A stretch of 37,430 nt of DNA from a virus (taxonomy: Duplodnaviria; Caudoviricetes): IMG/VR virus record IMGVR_UViG_3300024988_000205, positions 1-37,430 of that record, one strand, 5' to 3'. Position 1 is the first letter of the stretch, and each line of letters starts with the position of its first letter. Of the stretch, positions 24,185 to 33,500 are shown piece by piece. The notes beneath the pieces are model-generated. The model did not search any database. It had not been told where the DNA came from and worked only from the letters and a program-made list of their open reading frames with translations. The translations under genes were made by a program, and so were the position numbers.

Positions 24185-24952
24185 ATGGCAATGATCAATT
24201 TCGGAGTCGGCCGCATCATCACGGTCCCGCAGAAGCTGGCGGACGGCACGGCCATCGCCAACCCCACGCCCGTCATCATCGGCGACCTGCAGGACGTCTC
24301 GGTCGACATGTCCGTCGAGATGAAGACCCTGCGCGGCAACAAGCGCTACCCCATCGCCGCCGGTCAGGCCGGCGGCAAGATCGAGATCAAGGCCAAATAC
24401 GCCAAGCTCGACGCCGCCATCATCGGCAGCCTGTTCCTCGGCAAGGCCGCCACCACCGGCATCAAGGCGGTCAAGCTCGACGACGCCTACACCATCCCTG
24501 CCACGCCCGGCCCGTACACCGTCACCATGGTGCCGCCCAGCTCCGGCACCTTCGTCGCCGACATGGGCGTGGTGTTCACCGCCACCGGCGTGCAGCTCAC
24601 GCGCGTGGCGAGCGCACCCGCCACCGGCGAGTACTCGCTCAACGCCTCCACCGGCGTCTACACCTTCGCCGCCGCAGACCAGGGCAAGGCCATCAAGGTC
24701 AGCTACGAATACAGCGCGGCGACCGGCGGCCAGATCCTGACGCTCACCAACGAGACCATGGGCTACATGCCCAGCTTCACGCTCATGCTGCAGAACAGTT
24801 ACGACGGCAAGAACCTCGTCTGCAAGCTTAATCGCGCGGTGTCCAACAAGTTCGCGCTGCCGCTCAAGTCCGACGATTTCGCGATCTACGACTTCGAGGC
24901 GGAAGCGTTCTCCGACGCCGCTGACGAGCTCGGCTACATTTGTCTTTTTTAG
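24185..24952 (+). CDS. Major tail tube protein
   Basis: CAGGAG RBS; GDLQDVSVDMSVEMKTLRG...YPIAAG...KSDDFAIYDFEAEAF; position in the tail operon. Confidence 0.8.
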   Translation: MAMINFGVGRIITVPQKLADGTAIANPTPVIIGDLQDVSVDMSVEMKTLRGNKRYPIAAGQAGGKIEIKAKYAKLDAAIIGSLFLGKAATTGIKAVKLDDAYTIPATPGPYTVTMVPPSSGTFVADMGVVFTATGVQLTRVASAPATGEYSLNASTGVYTFAAADQGKAIKVSYEYSAATGGQILTLTNETMGYMPSFTLMLQNSYDGKNLVCKLNRAVSNKFALPLKSDDFAIYDFEAEAFSDAADELGYICLF

Positions 24953-24964
24953 AGTGGGTGCTGA

Positions 24965-25561
24965 ATGAAGCACTGCACGAAGTGTGGCGTTGAAAAGCCG
25001 CTGTCCGAGTTCTCGATGCATAGGTCCAGTCGAGACGGGAAGCAGTCGCGGTGTAAGGCGTGCGCTAACGCCTACGCTGCGTATGCCGCTGACCCCGAGC
25101 GCAAGAAGGCAAAAAGCGCCGCGTGGTACAGGGCAAATAAAGAGAAGGCAGATGCCACCGCCGCCGCCTGGAGTAAAGCGAACGCGGCGCGCAAAAGAGC
25201 AACCAACGCGGCGTTGTATGCCGCGAATCCCGAGCGCAAAAAGGCAGTCATGTCCGCGTGGGTGAAGGCGAATCCAGAGAAGGTCCGCGTCATCCAACAC
25301 AATCGCCGCGCACGTAAACGCGATATGGGTGGCAGGTTGTCCTCCAGTTTGCCCGCGCGCCTGTTTTCGTTGCAGCACGGGAAATGCGCGTGCTGTGGGC
25401 AACCGCTCGGCGACAAATACCATCTCGACCACATCATGCCGATCTCGCTCGGTGGCGCTAATACCGACGACAACATTCAGCTTCTGCGCCAGCGTTGCAA
25501 TAACCAAAAACACTCAAAGCACCCGGTTGAGTTTATGCAATCACGAGGGTTCCTGTTATGA
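24965..25561 (+). CDS. HNH homing-type endonuclease
   Basis: N-terminal CTKC...CKAC zinc finger; CACCG...HLDHIMPISLGGANTDDNIQLLRQRCNNQK HNH motif. Confidence 0.9.
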   Translation: MKHCTKCGVEKPLSEFSMHRSSRDGKQSRCKACANAYAAYAADPERKKAKSAAWYRANKEKADATAAAWSKANAARKRATNAALYAANPERKKAVMSAWVKANPEKVRVIQHNRRARKRDMGGRLSSSLPARLFSLQHGKCACCGQPLGDKYHLDHIMPISLGGANTDDNIQLLRQRCNNQKHSKHPVEFMQSRGFLL

Positions 25562-26052
25562 GTGCCGTCGTCGTTTCCGTGTTGCCGGGCGCCGGGGTGT
25601 GGCCACGGCTGGTTGCCTTTGTGCGCAGCGTCTTCTCGCGCCGCGTGCTGCTCGCCCTCGCGGGCGTCGATACCGTCGTGCTCGCCGGCCACGTGTACGC
25701 CGTGCGCGCGCGTCCGCTCGGCGTCGACCGTGAACTGGTCCCGGCGCTGATCCGCTGCAGCCAGGCCTTCGTGCGCATGGAGGTCACCGACGCGCTGTAC
25801 GACGACATCGTCAAGACGCTGTCGCTCGGGCTCAACGCGCCCGCGCGCCAGATCGAGTCGCATGCCGTCTCGCTGTGGGACCTCGCCCCGGTCATCGACC
25901 TCATCGCGCGCGTCAACGGCCTGCAGACCATGGAGGCTGGCCGGGCCGACCTGGGAAAGATTCTGGAGGTGCTGGCACAGACTGGGACGGACTCTATGCC
26001 TGGATCGTCAGTGCCACCGGCTGGACCTGGGACCACGTCGACCAATGCGTGA
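25558..26052 (+). CDS. Tail assembly chaperone (gpG-like)
   Basis: Lies between tail tube and tape measure genes; contains slippery G GGA AAG at 25953-25959. Confidence 0.7.
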   Translation: MSAVVVSVLPGAGVWPRLVAFVRSVFSRRVLLALAGVDTVVLAGHVYAVRARPLGVDRELVPALIRCSQAFVRMEVTDALYDDIVKTLSLGLNAPARQIESHAVSLWDLAPVIDLIARVNGLQTMEAGRADLGKILEVLAQTGTDSMPGSSVPPAGPGTTSTNA

Positions 26053-26279
26053 CGCTGCCGCAGGTCGACGCGCTCTCGGCATTCTGGGCCAGCGTGCCGC
26101 CGCCCAACGTGCAGCTCAAGCGCATCGCGCTCGCGCTCGGCCTGCCCGACACCCAGCCCCTGCATACGTCTGCAACGCCGACCAGCGCCGAGGATGCGAT
26201 GCGCGCCGCGCTGGCTGCCGGCCTGCCGGTGATGGAAGGTCGGCCGGACGATCCCATGCTTGATCTGATCGGACTGTGA
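25953..26279 (+). CDS. gpT-like extension reached by -1 frameshift
   Basis: The -1 frame from GGGAAAG reads GKDSGGAGTDWDGLYAWIVSATGWTWDHVD...LIGL*. Confidence 0.75.
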   Translation, partial: GKDSGGAGTDWDGLYAWIVSATGWTWDHVDQCVTLPQVDALSAFWASVPPPNVQLKRIALALGLPDTQPLHTSATPTSAEDAMRAALAAGLPVMEGRPDDPMLDLIGL

Positions 26280-26281
26280 CG

Positions 26282-26470
26282 ATGGCGACCCAGATCACGA
26301 TCCGACTCGAAGTGCGCTATGCCTGGTGGCTGATGCCTTACGTCTACACGCTGGCATTCTTCTGCGCCCTGTTTGCCGCCGAGCCCAATCAGGAAAAGCT
26401 GAACCGCGTCTTGAATCGCGCCGTCACTGTCCGTGCCGTGCGCGAAAAACAAGGGGCGCGCGGTGGCTGA
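26282..26470 (+). CDS. Small hydrophobic hypothetical protein
   Basis: MATQITIRLEVRYAWWLMPY..., between gpT and the tape measure gene. Confidence 0.55.
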   Translation: MATQITIRLEVRYAWWLMPYVYTLAFFCALFAAEPNQEKLNRVLNRAVTVRAVREKQGARGG

Positions 26471-28604
26471 CAATAAAGCCGAACTCACAATCGACGGCAA
26501 CATCGCCCCCCTCAAGCAGAAGCTGCGCGAGGCGGGCGACGAGCTGAAGCGTTTCGGCGCCAGCGGCGGCCCGGCCGTCGACGGCGTCGCGTCGTCGGTG
26601 ATGAAGCTTACCACGCGCTTCACCGCGCTCGGTGCGGTGCTGTCGCTGGGTGGTATCGCCTCGATGGCGCGGCAGTCGATCGACGCCGCCGACTCGCTCA
26701 ACGACCTGGCCGACCGTACGCAGACCAGCGTCAAGGCGCTGGCCAGCTTCGAGCTGATCGCCAAGCAGTCCGACACCAACCTCGAAGCGCTGGGCAAGGG
26801 CCTCAACAAGCTGTCGATCTTCATGGCGGAGAACGCCGCCGAGGCGAAGAAGCTCGGCATCACCGCGCGCGATCCGGTGCAGGCCTTCATCCAGTTCGCC
26901 GACGCCCTGGGCCGCGCTGCCACGCCGCAGGATCGCGCCGCCATTGCCAACCGCGTGCTCGGCAAGAGCTTCCAGGACCTGCTGCCGCTGCTGCAGCGCG
27001 GCGCCGCGGATCTGCGCGAGGCGGCCGCCGCCAGCGAGGAATACGCGACGAAGCTCGAAAAGCTTGCCCCGCGTGCGGGCGAGTTCAACGACCGCCTCGA
27101 CGAAATGCGTCTACGGTGGGACGCGCTCAAGGTCTCGATGGGCAGCGCCTTCCTTGACCTGCTGCCCAACAGCATGACGATGGACAAGGCCTCGGCCCGC
27201 ATCATCGAACTCAAGGGCAACATCGGCACGCTTGAGCGCGCGCTCAAGGGCAGCGACGGCTCCGGCCTGCTGCACAAGATGCTGTACGGCACCAAGGACG
27301 AGATCACCGCCAAGCTCGCCGCAGCGCGCAGCGAACTGGCCGCCCTGCAGGCGCAGAAGTCCGCCGCACCAGGCGGCAGCGCTGCCGGCAGCGGCGGCCC
27401 GCTCACCTTCGGCGAGGTATTCGACAGCGGCAAGAAAGCCAAGAAGGCCAAGACCGGCGACCAGGTCAGCGATGCCGAATGGGCGATGGAAGAAGCCGCC
27501 CACCTGCAGCGCACGCTGTACGAAATCGACCAGCAGCGCAACGAGTACCACGAGGCCGCGAACCAGGCCGTGCTCGAAGCCGACAAGAAGCTGATCAAGG
27601 AGATGGACCAGATCCAGCTCCTGCGTGTGGAAGGCGCGAAGAACGCCGAGATCGCCCGCATTGATGAGATGGAGGCGATGGCAGCCCATGAACTCGAGAT
27701 GGGTAGCATCACCCAGGCCGAATACCTTGATCGCTTGAGTGAGTTCAACCAGCAACGCCTGGCAGCAGAGGCTGATCTGATCGAGAAAAAGATCGAGCTT
27801 GCAAAACAGGACCCGACGCAAGACCCCGTCGAGATCGAGCGTTTGGAACAGCAGCTCCTCGAGCTGCGCCGTCAGTACGGCCTGAAGAAAAAAGAAATCG
27901 ATCTGAAGCAGGCGGAGGAAACCGCGAGCATCTGGAGAGATCTAGGCGATCGTGTTAGCGGGCTGTGGGACAAGGGCGTGCAGGCGCTTATGAATGGCAC
28001 GCTGACGTGGAAGAACGCCATGCAGGCCGTCGGCGCGGAGGTGGTGCGCTGGTTCGCCGACAAGGTTGTGAACGGGATGGTCAAGGATTGGGCGCTTGGC
28101 TTGGCGAAGAGGCTTGCGGCGCTGATGGGGTTCACCACCGCCGAAAAGGGTGTCCAGGTTGCGGGTGCTGCCGCCACCGTCGCCACCAAGACCGCCGAGA
28201 CAACCGCCGTGGTCGCCGGCAACGCCGCGCAGGCCGGCTCCGGCGCTGCAGCCTCGCAAGCCTCGATTCCCTACGTCGGCCCGATCCTCGCCCTGGCGGC
28301 AATGGCTGCGGTGTTTGCCGCCGTGATGGCGATTGGCAAGCGCAAGTCCGCCGCCGGCGGCTACGACATCCCGCGCGGCCTGAACCCCGTCGTACAGACG
28401 CACGAAGAGGAAATGATCCTGCCGAAGAAATACGCGAACGCGATCCGCGACATGACACGGGGCGGCTCGGGCGCCGCACCGGGCGGAGGAAATGTCTACA
28501 TCGACGTCCATGCGCAGGATGCCGACAGTTTCCGCTATTCGCAATCGCAAATCCAGGCGGACATGGGCCTCGCTTATGAGCGCATGGTCAAGAGGAACAC
28601 CTGA
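26463..28604 (+). CDS. Tail tape measure protein
   Basis: Long Ala-rich helical protein (SIDAADSLNDLADRT...) with C-terminal SAAGGYDIP...HEEEMILP; GTG start. Confidence 0.9.
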   Translation: MADNKAELTIDGNIAPLKQKLREAGDELKRFGASGGPAVDGVASSVMKLTTRFTALGAVLSLGGIASMARQSIDAADSLNDLADRTQTSVKALASFELIAKQSDTNLEALGKGLNKLSIFMAENAAEAKKLGITARDPVQAFIQFADALGRAATPQDRAAIANRVLGKSFQDLLPLLQRGAADLREAAAASEEYATKLEKLAPRAGEFNDRLDEMRLRWDALKVSMGSAFLDLLPNSMTMDKASARIIELKGNIGTLERALKGSDGSGLLHKMLYGTKDEITAKLAAARSELAALQAQKSAAPGGSAAGSGGPLTFGEVFDSGKKAKKAKTGDQVSDAEWAMEEAAHLQRTLYEIDQQRNEYHEAANQAVLEADKKLIKEMDQIQLLRVEGAKNAEIARIDEMEAMAAHELEMGSITQAEYLDRLSEFNQQRLAAEADLIEKKIELAKQDPTQDPVEIERLEQQLLELRRQYGLKKKEIDLKQAEETASIWRDLGDRVSGLWDKGVQALMNGTLTWKNAMQAVGAEVVRWFADKVVNGMVKDWALGLAKRLAALMGFTTAEKGVQVAGAAATVATKTAETTAVVAGNAAQAGSGAAASQASIPYVGPILALAAMAAVFAAVMAIGKRKSAAGGYDIPRGLNPVVQTHEEEMILPKKYANAIRDMTRGGSGAAPGGGNVYIDVHAQDADSFRYSQSQIQADMGLAYERMVKRNT

Positions 28605-29233
28605 TGCCAGCCCTGCCGCCCTTCATCGAAACCGTGTTGCCTGTGCTGAATAATGATTTCGGCACCGTCGGCGGGCCTCAGTGGCGCACTGGCATCATAG
28701 AAAAGCGCACCGGGCACGAGCAGCGCAACATCGACCTCGACGATCCGCGCCGCGAGTGGTCGATGGGCGAACGCGGGATGCTCGAGGCCGACCTGGACGC
28801 GCTGCTCGAGTTCCACACGATGGTGCGCGGCGCGGCCATTGGGTTCCGGTTTCTGGACCAGGCCGACCACAAGGCCAGCACCAAGCAGTTGTTGGGGTTT
28901 GGCACGGGTGCGCTCGCGACCTTCCAGCTGGTTAAGCACTACGGTGAATCGGCATACGAGTATGTGCGCCCGATCACCAAGCCGATCGCCGGCACGGTCG
29001 CGGTGTATGTCGACGATGTTTTGCAGGCCAGCGGCTGGACGCTGGACGCCGCCACCGGGATCGTTACCTTCGCTGCAGCGCCCGCGCTGGATGCCGTCGT
29101 CAAGGCGACGTTCCAGTTCCATGTTCCGGTGCGCTTCAAGGAAGACCGTATTCGCCACAAGTTCGAGATGTTCACGAACGATGGCAAGTGGTTTTCCGTC
29201 AGCCCGGTCACCCTGATCGAGCTGCCTCAGTGA
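28604..29233 (+). CDS. Distal tail protein, DUF2460 (GTA-like)
   Basis: GGPQWRTGI...GHEQRN...GFRFLD...FQLVKHY...RPITKP...FHVPVRF. Confidence 0.88.
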   Translation: MPALPPFIETVLPVLNNDFGTVGGPQWRTGIIEKRTGHEQRNIDLDDPRREWSMGERGMLEADLDALLEFHTMVRGAAIGFRFLDQADHKASTKQLLGFGTGALATFQLVKHYGESAYEYVRPITKPIAGTVAVYVDDVLQASGWTLDAATGIVTFAAAPALDAVVKATFQFHVPVRFKEDRIRHKFEMFTNDGKWFSVSPVTLIELPQ

Positions 29234-30099
29234 AAACCCTGATCGCCACCCTGCGCGCCGCCTTTGCCGCCGAGGTGGCGCAGATCACCACCTGCCTGCG
29301 CATCACCCGGCGCGACTCCCAGCAGTTCCACTATGCCGCCAACAGCCGGGACCTGGTGTTCGCCGGAAAGACGTGGTCGGCGCGCGGCGCTGACGACACG
29401 ACGGCCATCACCAACTCGCTGCGGGACAGCGTCGGCAACGTCGATATGGACGGCTTTTTCGAGTCGGCGCAGCACCGGACGGACCTCCGCTCCGGCTTGT
29501 ATGACAACGCCAGGGTCGAGATATTCCAGGTCGACCGGGCCAACCTGCCCGCGACGGTCACGCCCGAAACCACGCTGTGGCTGTTCACCGGCTATACCGG
29601 CCAGGCCATCGTGAAACCCGACGGCCACGGCTACAGCATCGAGGCGCGCAGCCTGATCCAGCTGCTGCAGCAGAACATCGGCACGCTCACGTCCGGCATC
29701 TGCCGCGCCGAGTTCGGCAGCCTCACCGGCGACGAGCCGTGCCTGGTCAATCCGGCAGGCTACACGGCCACGGCCGCGGTGGAATCGGTAAGCATGAACC
29801 GCCTGCTCAAGACCCCGGCACTGACACAGGCCGTGAGCTGGTTCAGTGCCGGGCGCCTGACCTGGCTTACTGGAGGAAACGCCGGCGCCGTCGAATATGT
29901 CGCGCAGTACGCGCCGGGCTTCGTGGTGCTGTTGCGCCCTGGGGTCGCCGCGATCCAGGCCGGCGACACCTTCAGCATCGTCGCGGGCTGCGATCACACT
30001 CTGGGCACCTGTGCGGCCAAATTCAACAACGCCATCAACTTCCAGGGCGAGCCGTTCCTGCCGGGCCTCGACCCGGTATTCGCGAGGTCTGTGCTATGA
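29230..30099 (+). CDS. Tail hub protein, DUF2163/BR0599 family
   Basis: CLRITRRD...GLYDNARVEIF...CRAEFG...AGCDHTLGTCAAKFNNAINFQGEPFLPG. Confidence 0.9.
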   Translation: MKTLIATLRAAFAAEVAQITTCLRITRRDSQQFHYAANSRDLVFAGKTWSARGADDTTAITNSLRDSVGNVDMDGFFESAQHRTDLRSGLYDNARVEIFQVDRANLPATVTPETTLWLFTGYTGQAIVKPDGHGYSIEARSLIQLLQQNIGTLTSGICRAEFGSLTGDEPCLVNPAGYTATAAVESVSMNRLLKTPALTQAVSWFSAGRLTWLTGGNAGAVEYVAQYAPGFVVLLRPGVAAIQAGDTFSIVAGCDHTLGTCAAKFNNAINFQGEPFLPGLDPVFARSVL

Positions 30100-30521
30100 G
30101 CAAACACGGCGAGCGCATTGTGTCGATTGCGCGGCAGTACATCGGCACGCCGTATCACCACCAGGCGCGCGTGCCAGGCGTCGGCATCGACTGCGTCGGG
30201 GTGCTGGTGTGCGTCGCGCGCGAGCTGGGCATCCTCGCCGAGGACGCGGATTATGTGACGTACGCCCGCCACGCCCGGGACGACGAGCTGCTGCGCATCC
30301 TGGACGCGCACCTCGAGCGCCTGCCCGACCCGGCGCTGGCAGAGGCGGGCGACGTGCTGACGTTTCGCATCGGCCCGTGGCCGCACCATGTCGCGATCAA
30401 GACCGGCCCCGACACCTTGCTGCATTCCTATGCCGGCATCGGGCGCGTGGTCGAGACCCAGATCGGCCGCAGCTGGCAGCATCGCATCATCGCGGCCCAT
30501 CGAATCCCGGAGGGCAGCTAA
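30096..30521 (+). CDS. NlpC/P60 tail-associated peptidase
   Basis: ARQYIGTPYHHQARVPGVGIDCVG...HHVAI...LLHSY. Confidence 0.92.
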   Translation: MSKHGERIVSIARQYIGTPYHHQARVPGVGIDCVGVLVCVARELGILAEDADYVTYARHARDDELLRILDAHLERLPDPALAEAGDVLTFRIGPWPHHVAIKTGPDTLLHSYAGIGRVVETQIGRSWQHRIIAAHRIPEGS

Positions 30522-33500
30522 ATGTTAGGGGGCGGCAGCAGCAAGGTCGTCACCACCGAGCGCGTCGTATCCGACCGGCGCGGCGTGGTGATGGGGCAGG
30601 ACGGCCTGCCCCAGACGCAGGAGGGTGTGGCCATCCCGGTCATTTCCGGCACCGCGCGCGTCAACCCGATCCTGATGTGGCTCGGCCCGCGGCGCATCGT
30701 CGTCACGGCCACCACCACGAGCCAGAACGTCGGCAAGGGCGGCGGCGGCGAGACCATCACGCAAACATCCTATTCGGAGCGGCATTACCAGACCTGGGCG
30801 GTGATGATCGGCAAGGGCCCGATCCGCGCGATCAAGCGCATCTGGTTCAACTCCGTGCTGGTGTATTCCGCCGAGCACTGGCGCGACGATGACACGAAGG
30901 CGGAGTCGGCCAAGCTCGCCGACAAGATCGCGTTCTATCCGGGCACCTTCGACCAGATGCCCGACCCGACGATGCAGGCATACATGGGCTCGACCTCGAC
31001 GCCCGCATTCCGTGGCCGCGCCTACATCGTGTTCAACGAAGTCGACATATCGGCGTTCTCGAACACGGTGCCGCATGTCACGGTGGAGGCATGTGCGGAC
31101 GGCCACGGCGGCATCACCGAAGCCGCAGACGGCCCGGCGCCGCTGCACCAGATCATCGGCAGGGTCTGTCGCATGTGTGGACTCGATGACGCCGACATCG
31201 ACTGTTCGCAGTTGTCCGATAACGTGCTTGGGCACATCATCGACTCCGTTTCGGCTGGCCGGAATATTCTGGACGCGCTCAAGACCGCGTACCTGTTCGA
31301 CATCCGCGAGTCGGCCGGCAGGATCGAGTTTCTGAAGCGCCCGCAGCCGGCGTTCCGCCCGGAGTATGAAGACCGGGTGTTCCTGAACGAAAAAGGCCTG
31401 CTCATCAACGCCTACCACGGCGAGCTCGGCCGCGCCGGCCTGTTCTCGGGATCGGCGGGAACGTCCGAGGGGATGACGCTGCTGCTGCAGGCGTGTGCGC
31501 ACGCCTACCGCATCACCGGCAAACAGTCGTGGCTTGACCGTGCGCTGCTGGTGTGGCAGGGCCTGGAGGAGGTCTGCTATCGCGCCCCCATCCCGAACGG
31601 CGCCACGCTGTGGCTGCCGCACTGGCTGGTCAACGTGCGCGCCCCAATCGAGGCGCAGTCCTACCGGATGCACACGTTGCTGCGCTTCGAACCCGTCACG
31701 GGGGGCGTCGAGGCCACCATCCCGGTCGGCCCGGGCTACTACAGCGAGTTGGCGAACCAGGTGTTCGTGGTCTTCAACCCCGAATCGTTCCCGATTTCCG
31801 ATCTGCCGAACGCCGAGATCGTCGGCGACGCGGTCGCCGTCACAAAATACCCGTTCGAGCTGCGCAAATCGCCCGACGGCATTCAGCCGTCGACGGTGTA
31901 CCTGCCGGGGCCAACGGCGGCGCTGGACGCCGTGGTGGCCTACAGCTACAACGCGGGCGCGCTGATCGATGTCAATGAGCCGTTCGAGGTCGACCCGGTG
32001 TGCCGCGTGCTGCGCGACGGCGAGATTTCGTGCGCGCCTGACGCTGCCGAGTGGGCCGTGGCTTCGTTCGATGAGATGTACCTGGCCACCGGTGAGTCGC
32101 GCTGGCTGGATGCCAGGGCAGCAGCGGTCGAGTCGCTGAAGCAGATTTGCGACATCGACGACGGCCGCTCCTGGTTCCGTCCGCAGCCGACCACCACCGC
32201 ATTCAGCCTGACCGGCACGGCGTCCTATTCGAAGCGCATGGGAATGAGCGCAGCGAACTGGCGGCGCGACCCCCTGAGCGGCAACGTCACGGGCTTCATT
32301 CCGGCTGCCACCGATCTGTCGCGCCAGTTCGAGGCCCAGATCATTCGCGGCCTCAGCGGCGAGGAACGCAAGGCGCAGGACACGCATATCCGCGTCGAAA
32401 TCGGGTGCTCGGTGCCGTCCGTCAACCGCGTCTGGGTGTTCCTGCGCCGCTCGATCAACTTCGACGCCGACGACACCTGGTATGCACCGCTGACCCTGAC
32501 GGGCGGCAGCGCACTCCAGACGCTCGATATTCCGATCAACCTGTTCCGCCGCTACGTCTCACAGGGTAGCAACGGCGCGATCAGCACGGGCGAGGGGCTG
32601 GTGTCCGCCGTGTGGCAGGCCAGCCACGCCTACAGCGCAGGGAACCGGCGCACCAGCACGACCTACAACGGCTATGCCTACACGGCGACCGACGGAACCT
32701 CGGGCGCGACCGAGCCCGCCTGGCCGCTGGTGATCGGCAACACCGTCGCCGACGGCTCGGTCACCTGGACGTGCAGCGGGTATGCCGGATTCCCGGTCAA
32801 CGAGACCATTCGCAACGTCGGGATCTCCGATTGGGAGGCGTCCGAACACACGCTCACGATTCGCCGGGTGCGCCCGATCCCAGAGATCCCGATGCCCTAC
32901 ACGCCCTATGTGACGGCCTTCACGGTCATCACGATGGGCGGGCAGATTTCGGACTGGCGCGGCCCGCCTGGGAGCGGCTACCAGTTCCCCGACGCATGGG
33001 CACGGTCGAGCGAGCCCACCTATATGCAGGGCATGCTGGATTTCCTGCTGGACGCAGCCGACGAGTACGCCACCAACTACGGCGCGCGCGGCCCGATGAT
33101 GCCGGTCTATGTCTGGTATCGCGCCGACAATGAAGAATATGGCGCCGTCAATACGTGGACCTGGCAATGGACCGACCCCAACACGATGTGGGCCGGCTAT
33201 CAGTACCGGCCGATGCAGTCCATCGCCAACGCGGCGCGGCGCACGGGCAATGCAACGGCCAAGACGCTCGCGGGCGACTTCTACCAGTGGCTCAACGGCC
33301 TGTGGCCCGGCTGGCCGAACTACGTCATCACGGAGATCCCGGAGGCCATCGCGCCATGGGAGGCGACGACCGACTATCACACCGGCAGCTTCAACAGCGA
33401 CACGTCGCTGATCCGCCCGACGGTGGCGAACGGCTACCTGTACCGCTGCGTGCAGACCGGCAGCAGCGGCGCCACGGAGCCCGCAACGTGGCCGACCACG

